Shown piece after piece: positions 14,501 through 26,500 of a stretch of DNA of 64,000 bases. The notes below the pieces were generated by a model, which had not been told where the DNA came from, did not search any database, and worked only from the letters and a program-made list of their open reading frames with translations. Origin of the DNA: Seison nebaliae (Eukaryota); contig JALJEE010000250.1 of NCBI GenBank assembly GCA_023231475.1, positions 1-64,000 on the forward strand, given 5' to 3'. Numbering within the stretch: the first letter of the stretch is position 1; each line of letters begins with the position of its first letter. Both the position numbers and the translations under genes were made by a program.

Positions 14501-17500
14501 ACATCATCTTCGAAATTGGACGAAGTTATTCTCTCGTCTTTAGAACAATCTGCTGAATCGTCTTTTAAATAATCGATCTTCCAATCGTCTCTCAATAGTT
14601 TACTCAATATTCCATTTATTGTTACCATTTTTCCTTCATCCACCAATTCGTTCTCTTTCGGCTTTTCTATCCAACTAATATTCGCTGGTTCAACATTCAA
14701 TTTGAGAGAACTGATCACATTGTCTATGGGAATATTTTCCGGTTCGTCGAAATAGAGAGCGGCAGTTAGTGCGATTTCCATTCCATCATCTTTTAATTTT
14801 GGTTTTGTTAATTTGATAGACAATTTATATTCATTTGCATTATCTGTTGGTTCGATATGAAATGGAATTTTTTCCCACTGCGAATCTTCACGTTTCACAT
14901 TCATTTCTAAAGGATAATCTTTCATGTCCATTTCATTTTCCTTCGGTATCTTCACAACACATTCGACAATTGTCTCCCCATCTAAATTGGTAACTGGAAA
15001 TGGTGTAGGATGTAAATGTTTGAGAACGTCTATTTCGAATTTCGGTCGTTCCACATTCAATTTAGTTTTGGTGGTCAATAATTTCTTTTTTTCATCATTC
15101 ACCAAGCAACATTCGACCACTGACGAATTGTCCGTTTCATTCACATTTCTCAATTGTAATTGATAGAGATTATTCAACAGATTAATAGAATATTTGTCTT
15201 CCAATAATTTCTTTCCGTTCTTGTACCATTCAACATCCCAATGATTTGGTGGAATTATGTTACTAATACATTCTAATTCGATGTCATCACCAGAAATTAA
15301 TCTATATTCAGATTCGAGTGGTTTCTCCCAAAATAAATTATCGATCGGTTTCACATTCACAACATAATCGTCTAATAATGAATCATCTTTCTTCAAATTC
15401 AATTCTAAATGACAATCTTGATGTTTGAAAGAAGGAGCGTTTAAAGTGAAAGTGAATTGAAATTCTTTTTCATCATTTTCGTCTCCTTCTCCAACAACTC
15501 GCTCCACTTCAATCAATTCATTGTCGATTTGATCTCCAGAGAAATTGACATTAAATTTCTCTTTCAATTCATCCAAATCCTCTAAATTCGATTCCGTCGA
15601 TTTAATAGAAAGTTTCAAATTGAACTTCTCGAAATCTTTCGACGTATCAACCAATTCTCCATCCACCAACTCCCATGGTTGTGTAATTTCGATCGTTTCG
15701 ACTTCTTCTTCAATCTCTTCCTCATTTATTATCTCTTCATCTTTATCACTGATTATGTCGTCACCTTTCGGTTCATCATCAACATCTTCACTTTTCATGT
15801 CATCTGATGGAAGAGTCTCTTTCAATAACTTCCTCAGATCGACATACACTTCACTCATTATCGGTTCATCATCATCATCCATCAATTGAACATTAATCTC
15901 ATAAGTTCCATCTCGTAAATCTTCATACTGATCATCCTCAAAAATTTTGGACAAATCAACAAACGTTAACGATTCCGTTATTTTCTTATTCTCCAATTTT
16001 CGATTAACTTTCAATATTCCTTCAGTTTCTTCCAACTCTTTTCCATTTGGCGCCTTCCACTTCACTAACGAAAGTTGGAGAACGTCCTCTTGGTCAGGGA
16101 AATCGGATGCATCTATCACACAACTTAGAATGGGCAACATATCACCATTATCATCTGGCACTTCCTTCAACTCTAAAGGAACGTCCAAATAGAGACATTC
16201 CTTTTTCTTTTTTTCTGGTGATTTCTGTTTTACATCTTCTTCTTTTTCTTTATCTTCTTCAACATCTTCTTCTTCTTCTTCATATGTCACATCTTCTTCC
16301 TCTTCTTCAACAATTTCATCATAATCTTCTTCTTCTGGTTTAGCATCTTCTTTCTCATCCGATTCTATTTCAGGTTTTCCAACTTCTTCGCTTTCTTCTT
16401 TTTCAATTTCTGCTTCTTCTTTTTCTTCTTCTTCTTCCAATTCTGCTTTTTCTTCTTCTTCCACTTCTTCTTCTTCTTTCTCTTCTTCTTTCTCTTCTTC
16501 TTTTTCTTCCTCTTTTTCTTCTTCTTCAACTTCTTCTTCTTCTTTCTCTTCTTCTTTTTCTTCCTCTTTTTCTTCTTCTTTTTCTTCTTCTTTTTCTTGT
16601 TCTTCCACAATTTCATCTTCGATAACTTCTTCAATATTTTCTTCATCTATGTCGTCCACATGTTCTAACTCGGCACTAGTCGATACATCGTCAACTTCTT
16701 CTATTGGCGGTTCTCGGTCCAAATGAAATGAACATTCGCAAGAATCGTCATAATTCTCAGATTTTGGAAAACATGTTATTGTAAAATCATCATTAATCGG
16801 GAGATTATCATCACTTAATCGTATTCGTCGAACATTTCCATCTGTTTCCACATCTTCGCTTGGTATTCTCACCCCATCGATTGTCCATTCGATTGGTACA
16901 TCCTGAAATTCGTCTTTTAAAACTACTTCAAGTGGAACATGTTCATTTGTTTTAGTCCAAGAAAGTTCTGGTTCTAATCTCTTTTCAAATATATCCGTAA
17001 TCTTTTCCACAGTCAAACGACCTTTTGTCGTTTTTAATGCTTCCTTTCCATTCGGCATAATTATGTGACATTCATATAAATTATTATTATCATTAAGTTG
17101 ACAATTATTAAGATTGAGAGAAAAGTTTGCTGTAGATTTTTCATTTATCTTCTCCACAATTTTACTTTTATCATTTTTAATTAGTTTCCATTCGGTTATC
17201 CAATCATCTCGAATTGGTTTATTCAATTCACATAAAAATGATACATCGGAATTGACAATTGTAGCAATATTCTCTAATGGTTTAATCCACTTCAACTTTA
17301 TGTCCTTATTAATGTTTAAGAGAATTTTATCTAAAACTTTCGATGGTTCATCATCATCATTCCATTTCAAGGTCACTTCCGTTTTATCATCTGATAATTT
17401 CGGTTTCGGAAGTTTTCCAATTAAGTGAATCTCGTTATCATCCTTCTTATCCACCTCAAATTTAATCGGTTCATTCCCGTGAACCAGTTCCAATTTATCG

Positions 17501-20500
17501 ATGTCATTGTTCTTTTTGTGCAGTTTTAATGCACAAGCAAATTCAACTTCATCACACAGTTCTGTTATTGGCTCTTCCGACACGATATGCAATGACTCCA
17601 ATATTTGTGGTAAAATTTTTTTCAATTCGACATTTGTCGCACTTGAAAGAATAATATCGTTAGAAGGATTTCTTATTGAACAGTTTAATTTGCAATTCTC
17701 ATCAATTTCCTTCAAATAGAATTTAGTTGAATCTGGTTCATTTTCAACAAGATGTTCAGGTATCAGTTTATCATTTATTCTCCATTTAACTGTCCAATCG
17801 TCGCGAAGAGGTCTTGATAATTGACCGAATAAATTAATATCTTCATTCGGTTTCATCATCACAACTTCATCTGGTTTCTTCTTCCAAAATAAATCTTCAT
17901 TATTAATCGGTTCAATTTGTAGACTGATTGAGTCAATTGTTTGATAATCAGTGTCATCATCCACCGTACTATCAACGAATGGAATCGTTTTGAGAGAAAC
18001 AATTTTCCCGTCATCTTCCACAGTTGGATGATCGAGAGTCAAATTGAAAAGGAAAATATTCGGTTCCGAAGTTTCAACTATTTCCACTTTCTCTGGTTCA
18101 TTGACACGTTCGTCATTAATTGTGAAGAAAACGGGTACGTCTTCCGGCGAATCAATAGATAATGGAATTGACAATAAAGCTGAAACGATGACCGTTTCTG
18201 TCAATTCATTAATTTTTTCCGGTTCCACATGTAACGGTTCTACCAACTCCACCAGATATGGCATTTTTTCAATTTTTAATTCTGTTTTCGTTACTAAACT
18301 CTTCTTCCAACTGGGAGCTTTGACATGACAACCATAGACACCAGAATCCAATTCATTCAAATCATTCAATTGGAGGGAAAATATACAATCTGACTGTGTC
18401 GTCATATTTTCATCAATTTTCTCATCATCTCTCACCCAAAACACTTCCCAATCTTCTCTTGGCGTATGAGATAATTGACAATCCAATAATATTGTTTCTT
18501 GAACGAATGCGCCCTCTTTGACTGGTAACCGTTTTTCCCAATAAACTTCTGGTTTCTTCATATCGATATGATAATCGTCTAATTTTATACGATCTTCATG
18601 TGGTAGTGAACGAACATCTTCTTTGTCATTCTTAATTGTAACTAATTCAACAATACATTCTCCATCGCTCTCCAATGGTTTATCTAAATGATAAAGTAAT
18701 TGATAATCGCCATCAACGTTTGATGGAATGATTTCCATCGAATATCGATTATTATCATCAATTAATTCATTATTGTGAATGATATTGACAAGAGAATTCG
18801 GTTCATCTAAAAATTGCTTGTACATCGATTCTGGAACATGAATAGTCGTTGAAAGACAAATCTCTTTCGATAGTTCACTTGGCTCATCTCCAACAATTTC
18901 AAATGGTGATGATATTGTGATGCTTTCCGGAATTTTATTCTCATCAAATAATTTTCGTAAATTTAAACTAATTTCATCTTGCACACTCTCACTAGATAAA
19001 GGAGATTCCGTTTTAATTTCGACACCAAACAATTGTTCAATTTCTTCAACAGGAACGTTATCCTCCAAATATTTTCCCAAATTCAAAATTTCAAATTTTT
19101 CCTTTGTCTGAATTCCATCGATTTCTCTCTTAAGAGAAATTCCATTTTGATTATCTTCAATTTTTTCATTCGGTTTTGACCAGATAACCGAGAGAAGATC
19201 TTCCAAACTCGAATCGATATCATCTACGTTTGATACTTCAGCCACAAACGATAATTGTAAAGAAACATTTCCAGTTTCTTGATCAACTGAAATTTCCGGA
19301 GTTAATTCTTCTACAATTTTTAACTTAACTGGAATTTCTTTTATTTTATTTTCTTCCTCTTTTTCCTTCTTCAAGTTCACGTCATCCGGTTCTTCTTCAT
19401 CAGCAATTTCTTCTTCTTTATCTTCTGTAATTTGTTCGCGTTTTTCATCTGCATCGTCTATCGGTTCTTCTTCTTCATCCTTCTTGACTTTCGATTCTTC
19501 AGGTTTATCTTCAATCTCTTCAACTTCTTCCTCAAACGGTTCTTCGATTTCACTAATTTCATCATCTTTCGTTTTTTCTTCAGTTTCTTTCTGTTTTTTT
19601 TCTTCAACTGGTTCTTCAGTCTCTTTAATTTCTTCTGGTTGTTCTTCAATTTCTTCTGGTTGTTCTTCAACTAATTCTTCTGTTTCTTTAACTTCCAGAT
19701 CTTCTTCCGGTTTTTCTTCAATTTCTTCAACTTCGTTTGGCTTTTCTTCAATTACTTCAAATTCTTCCGGTTTTTCTTCAATTTCGTCAATTTTTTCTGG
19801 TTGTTGTTCAATTTCTTCAATGTGTTCCGGCTGTTCGTCAATTTCTTCAGGTTTTTCTTCAATCTCTTCAACTTCTTCTTCAAACGGTTCTTCGATTTCA
19901 CTAATTTCATCATCTTTCGTTTTTTCTTCATTTTCTTTCTGTTTTTGTTCTTCAACTGGCTCTTCAGTCTCTTTAATTTCTTGTGGTTGTTCTTCAATTT
20001 CTTCTGGTTGTTCTTCAATTTCTTCTTGTTTTTCTTCAATTTTATCTGGTTGTTCTTCAATCTCTTTTATTTCTTCTGCTTTTTCTTCAACAGATTCTTC
20101 AATTTCTTCAATTTCTTCTGGTTGTGCTTCAATTTTTTTAGGTTTTTCTCCAATCTCTTTTATTTCTTCAGGTTGTTCTTCAATTTCTTCTATTTCTTCA
20201 GGTTGTTCTTTAATCTCTTTTATTTCTTCCAGTTGTTCTTCAATTTCCTCAACTTGTTCTTCAATTGGTGTCTCGATGTCTTGAATTTCTCCAGGTTGTT
20301 CTCCGATCTCAGGAATCTCTTCTTTAATGTCCTCTGTGATTTCTTCTGGTTGTTCTTCAACTTCTTTCACTTCTATGTGTTTTTCATCAGTTTCATGAAT
20401 TTCTTCCGACTTTTCTTCTGGTTGTTCTGTTATTTTTTCCATATCGGTGTCGTCTTTCAAATCTTGTGATTCATCATCAGGATTTTCCTTGAATTGTTGA

Positions 20501-23500
20501 GAAGTATCGTCAACGTCCAAATTTTCCGGTGTATCTTGCTCCATATTTACTTCTGTTTCACAAGAATCTTCAACTTCATCTTTCTTTATTTCCAGAGTAA
20601 CATTTAGTGAATCATCACTGAATTTCTCTTCTATTTGTTCTTCCTTATCATTCCCATCATCTATTTCTTCTTTTGGTAATTCTTCTAGTTCTTTAGATGC
20701 GTCTTCTCCTATGTCGGTTTCCAACTTTATTTCTTCTTCAGAATTTTCATCTGGTCTTTCTTTAATATCTTTCTCAATAACTACTTCTTCTGGAACTTCT
20801 TCTTCTTCTTTTTCCAATTTTTTCTCTGATGAATCATTATCATCTGTAATTTCTGATGGAGCTTCGACGATTGTAGGAATATCTTCATCAACTAATTCAT
20901 TATCTTCAATATTATCGATTTCTTTATTGACTACTTGTGCCACTTCGATAATATTCTCTTCATCATCTATTTTGTCTTCTTCGGTGATTTTATCACCATC
21001 ATTTTCAATTTCTTCGATCGTTTCATATTTTACTTCATTGTCTGTAACAACCACATTATCATCACTATCGATATATTCAACTGGTTCATCCTCCAGTTGA
21101 ATTTCTTCCACTTCTACAAAACTTTCTTCTTGATCGAATTCGTTTAATTTATCAAAAGATTCATTTGTTTCTTCATTTTTCACTTCATCAATCTGTTCCA
21201 ATTCGATATTGGATTGATCGAGTTCATCTATATTATCGAAAGAATCATCCGATTTCTCCTCAACAATAGCAATATCCATCAATTGCTTTTGTTCATCGAT
21301 TTGGATTTCAGAAGGAAAAGAAATTTCATCTGAAGTTTGAATCAGAAGATTTTCAGTTGGTGCATCTAAACTCGTATCGCAGAATTCCGTCGTTTCGAAT
21401 AATAAAGTATTTTCACTTGTCGCTAATTGTGTAAGAGATTCCTGAACAGATGAATCGATGCTCTTTCTCGCATTTGTGACGGAGCTTGTGGATGAAGAAT
21501 CTAAATCATTAACTGATTCCATTTCACACAAATCAGTCAATTGAACTTCATTCGACTGAATTATTTCTTGCGATTTTTTTGCTTTCTCTTTATCATTTAT
21601 TTGATGAATCAATTCCTCATGAATCTTCGCCTCCTCCAATTCACTCACTGGCATTGTTTGAACAGTGACATTTATCGGTTCACAAGAATCATCATGAAAA
21701 TCATCAAATGTCTCCACAATTGTCGGTTCTTCAGCGAACGTCACATTCTTCGTCACATGTGACTGTGTTCGTTCTTGTGGTTGTTCGGATGAAACCGAAT
21801 TAATCGGTTCGATATTTGAAGGAGAAACGAATGGTGGAGGAGTCACTGGTTGTACCATCAATGGTTCATTCACTTTTTTCTTTTCTTTCGTCATTCCCAC
21901 TCGACAAACAGTTCTATCACCGTTGGTAAGAATTGCAGAAATATCTCCAAGATAATTGGGAATATTTTCATAAATGATTAACTTCCGAATATTTCCTTCT
22001 TCGATCAACTCAATATCAGGATTATCATCTTTCAATTCTTCTTCTCCATCTTTCATCCATTTGACTTTTGTGTTTTTAGATGAAACTTGAAATTCTAATT
22101 GAACTGGAGTCAAAATATTATCCAATTCTAATTTGGATGGTAACGCTTTCTTTATACGATCTTCAGCTGCCTCCAATTTCATTTGACACATTGATAATCG
22201 ATCGAGAACTTGTATGGAATATATTCCTTCATCTCTCGGTAAGAATGGAGACATCACTTGCAATTGACATTGACCTGTATTCCGATCATAAGTCATTTTA
22301 CTTCGATAATCTGGTTGAATTAATTTCCCGTCTTTCATCCAATGTATTAGGAGATCTTCCTCTTCAATATCAGCCAAATAACTGTTGGGATCTTCTGGTG
22401 CGATGGTACATTTCATTTTAAACGTCTTATCTAATTCCGTTACACTTATCATTTCTGGTAACGGTTCCCTAAACTTAATAGCAAATTTTTTATCTTTCTC
22501 ATTATCGTCGGTGTGAGGAAGATCATCTGAATAATCGAGTTTAAGTTTATCATCCAAATCGATTTCAAGAGATGAATGAAATGATGGTGATTTGATGATT
22601 TCGTCTTGAACGATCGGAATTGATCGAACAACCAAATTAGTTGATGTTCGTACATTATCATCGAATTGACAGGTATACTCTCCATTATCTTCACCATTCG
22701 GCTGATTAATAATGAGAGCGAATTGTTCGTTATTTTTATTCTGCATCGAATATTTCTCGTTCTCTTCCAATTTCTTCAAATCTAAATTCTTTGTCGATTG
22801 AAATGTCCATTCTGGAGATTGTTCGACAACTGTCGGTTCAACTAATTGTACATTAAGAATGGCACAATTATCATTCTCCGTGATGATTGTCTGAGATGGG
22901 AGCTCTTGAGCAATAATCAATTCACTACGACATTTAGTATGTTGTTTAGGAATATCATCAACTTCTAACGGAATATTTCTCAAAGAACGAGATCGATCAT
23001 CAACAGATGGTTCTCTATCTCTTAATATTTCTAATCGACTTGTTGCATATTGTTCTCGGTTGAATTCGATGGAATATTCTCCTGAATCATCCGGATGAAT
23101 TGGTCGAAGTATTCGGAGAATACATTGATCCTTTTTCGGTTGGAATAAACGATATTTGTTGGACGACATCGTTGGGAAAATTTGATGATTATTATGTTTC
23201 CAAATCAATTCTTCATTCGGCACATTAAGTCGTTCGAAATTGAAAATTAAATCGACATATTGTTCATCGGATGGAATCTGTTTCCATTCAGCTGACCGTT
23301 TTGATGGTATAATTTCATTGGTACAATGAAGAACAGTGGATGAATTGACCATTCCACTTGATGTCGTTACATTAACATCTATCTTCTTTCCATCCATTTC
23401 AAGAGTAGGATGATGTAGAATGACGGCAGCAATATCATATTCGAGAACCGTTTCGAAATGATTCTTATATTTCTGATTTATCGGTTCTCCATTCAATAAC

Positions 23501-26500
23501 CATTCAGCCGATTGAATTTTATCATCAGCTCGACAACTAATTGTGAGAACTTCGTCTTCTTTCAATGAATAATCCGTTTGTATTGGAAGTTTTCGTATTA
23601 ATTTGGGTATCTGATCTAAAGACGAGTCGGATCTTTTCCATTCAACTGACGATCCATCAACCGTCAAATTGAGACAACTTTTCGATGATGGTTTGACAAT
23701 GTAAACTTCTTCGCATTCTTCTTCTTCGATCAAATCCTGTTCCGTCACATAACTATAAATGTTGGGTGAATGAGTAAGCATTGTTGATGGTGTGGAAGCG
23801 ACAGATAAATCATCTCGTTGGCGATGATGTGGAGGAGACGATCTTGAACGATATTCATACACGAAATTCTCTTCGTCAATGGATGATGGTGGAAATGGTG
23901 ATTCTCTTGAAGGTGATAAATTTACTTGTTGTTGTTGTTGTTGATATGTAGCTATATTAATTTCGCTCGAATATCTGGGAGATATGGATCGTTGACTGAT
24001 ACTGATCCGTTTACTTGTGTTACTTTGAACGGAAGTTTCTCGAGAGGAGATATGTCGAACTTCTCTCTGTTTCGATGTCATTCGAACATCGACAGTTGCA
24101 TCTGAATAACTACAAATTGGTGAAGATAATTCACATCGATAATTTCCTGATTCTTTTATTGTCGGATCATTTATGAGGAGACTAATTTCGTTAAATTCTT
24201 TCGGAAGAATTGTATATTTATTATTCGTTTGAGAAATTCTCTTTTCATTATGGTACCAAACGACAGGAATATCTCTCTCATTAATCTTCTCAGTCAATTC
24301 ACATGAAATAGCTGATGTATGTAATGCATCGATATTCTGATTCTTTAATGGTTTCTCAAAAACTTCCGGATCATTTTTCAAATATAAAGTCGTCTGAGTT
24401 TGAATGTTCGGATGATTGACCAATCGACAACTTAATTTTCCTCGATGTTTCGAATTAATATTTCGAATTATCAACTGATGGTGCAACTTATCAGAAGTTG
24501 ACAATTGTTGGAAATCGTTTAAATTATTATCGATTGGAATATCGTTTAAAAACCATTCGACATCTTCCGGTTCATTCAACGTCACCGAAAATTGTTTTGG
24601 ATGACCGATCTCCATATTTGTTTCATTCAATTTCTTCGAGAAATATATTCTCTTATTATCAGACTGTTGTTGTTGTTCGTTCGGTAATTGCTCATTCATA
24701 ACTGTAACATTAAAAATTGATTTATCATTTCCCGGTTCCAATAACGCCATATATTGTCCACCGTCACTCATCATTATATCTTCCACCGTCAATTTCCGAT
24801 GAAGTTTATTTGTTTCGATATGAATCCGTCCTTGACGTCCACCATCTAACAATTCTTTACCGTTATGAAACCATCGGATATTCGCTGATTCTTCACTTAC
24901 CATCGCTTCTAAAATTAGACATTCTTGTTGATCAGCCATCAAACATATCTCGTCAACATTATGTTCATGTTGAACGAATTTAGTTAAACTTTCAATTACC
25001 AATTTACCAGAAGATGTATCACAACTTTCCACTCGTTCCCCAGACGGTAATTGGAAGATCTTTCGCGGTTCATATGTCGAAGAGAAACGATCGTTATTCA
25101 AATGTGCGATAACTGCCATATATTCTCCTTCGTCATAATTCTGTCGAAGATCACCAACCTCCAACGAATGTTGACAATTGTTGTTTGCTTTCATAATTCT
25201 AATATGATCATTCTCTGTCAAAATTTGATTATCTTTCAACCAAAATAAATAATTTTTGTTCTCTTCAATTGGTTCATTTACTCGATAAATTTCACAAGGT
25301 AATTTCGTTTGACAACGAAAATTAGCGTTCGATTTTTCAATTTTCATTTGATCTGTTAATTTTGTCAAGAAACAATTCCGATTATTTTGCTTATTTTCCG
25401 TTCGAACATCGACCAATGCTGACGTCCGTCCAATACCATCAATCTCACAGTCATATTGACCACGATGTTTCAAGTCGGGAGAATGTATAGTCAAACACGA
25501 CGAATTCCTTTCACATTTCGTTTCAATTTGATATTCGTTATTCGTTTTCAATTCCTCATAATTTTTGAACCATTTGACAGAATCTGTTTGTCTGATCGGT
25601 TCTTTCGATTGACATTCCAAAATAAGTGGTTGACCAACTTGAGTGACAATTTGTTCAGGAAGTGGTTGCACAAACAACTCTCGCTCTTGGACTTTGGAGA
25701 TTTTATGAATATTCTCTATCTGTCTATTACCTTGGATGTATCGTTCGATATGTAAATCTGGAAATGGAGAAAGAAAATATAAAAATTTCTTCCAAATTAA
25801 AAATCAAGAAAAGAAAACGGAAATTATATGGAAAATAATATCTAACATTCTAAACATTGTACAAATGATAAAAACTTATAAAATATAAAACTTATAACAG
25901 ATAAAACTGATAAGAAAATAAAATTAAATTAATATTTCCCTTAAACGACGTACCTTCTTCTTCAATATAAGTGGTGACAACTGGAGGGAAAAATTAATTT
26001 CCAAAATTAACGTTTAAAAGAAGAGAAGTTTTAAATAGAAATTCTAATGAAAAAAATTTGAAGAATAAAAAATTTTTATAAACTTTTCCTCTCGTCAACA
26101 TTGATCTGACAAGAGATCGATTGAACACGAATCGGTTTTCCCGGTTTCGTCTTAAATTCATATAAACCGGCATCACATAATTGAATGTTCTCCACCGACA
26201 GTTTTAATTCATTCTCTTTCGTCGAAGTCGACGATTTTTCAATATTCAATCGAGATGAAGGTATTATCTTTAAAAGAGAATATTAAAGAAGAAACATAAA
26301 AATTGAGGTAACTTCTCGACCATTATGATACCATGCCATGTCATTGACATGTGCTAGCACTTTTGCTTTCAATTCTAATTTTTCACCTTGTTGTAAAGTT
26401 AATTCAGAAGGTTGTGGTTCTACTGAATGTCTTGTATCCGGTTTAGCGGTTAATGATCGTTCGATGATGGCCAAACGACAAGAGATTTTCGTTGTACCTT

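Noticed and set aside
16365..16646. Poly-Lys ORF
   Set aside because: Alternative frame of the (EEKE)n repeat.
19350..20400. Periodic repeats as a possible CRISPR array
   Set aside because: These are coding tandem repeats with no constant repeat plus unique spacer structure, no cas genes, and a eukaryotic context.
19432..20469. Long Ser-, Phe- or Lys-rich ORFs (19484..20284, 19801..20469, 19752..20060, 19458..19670)
   Set aside because: Antisense or off-frame shadows of the GAA-rich obscurin repeat, which has few stops in other frames.
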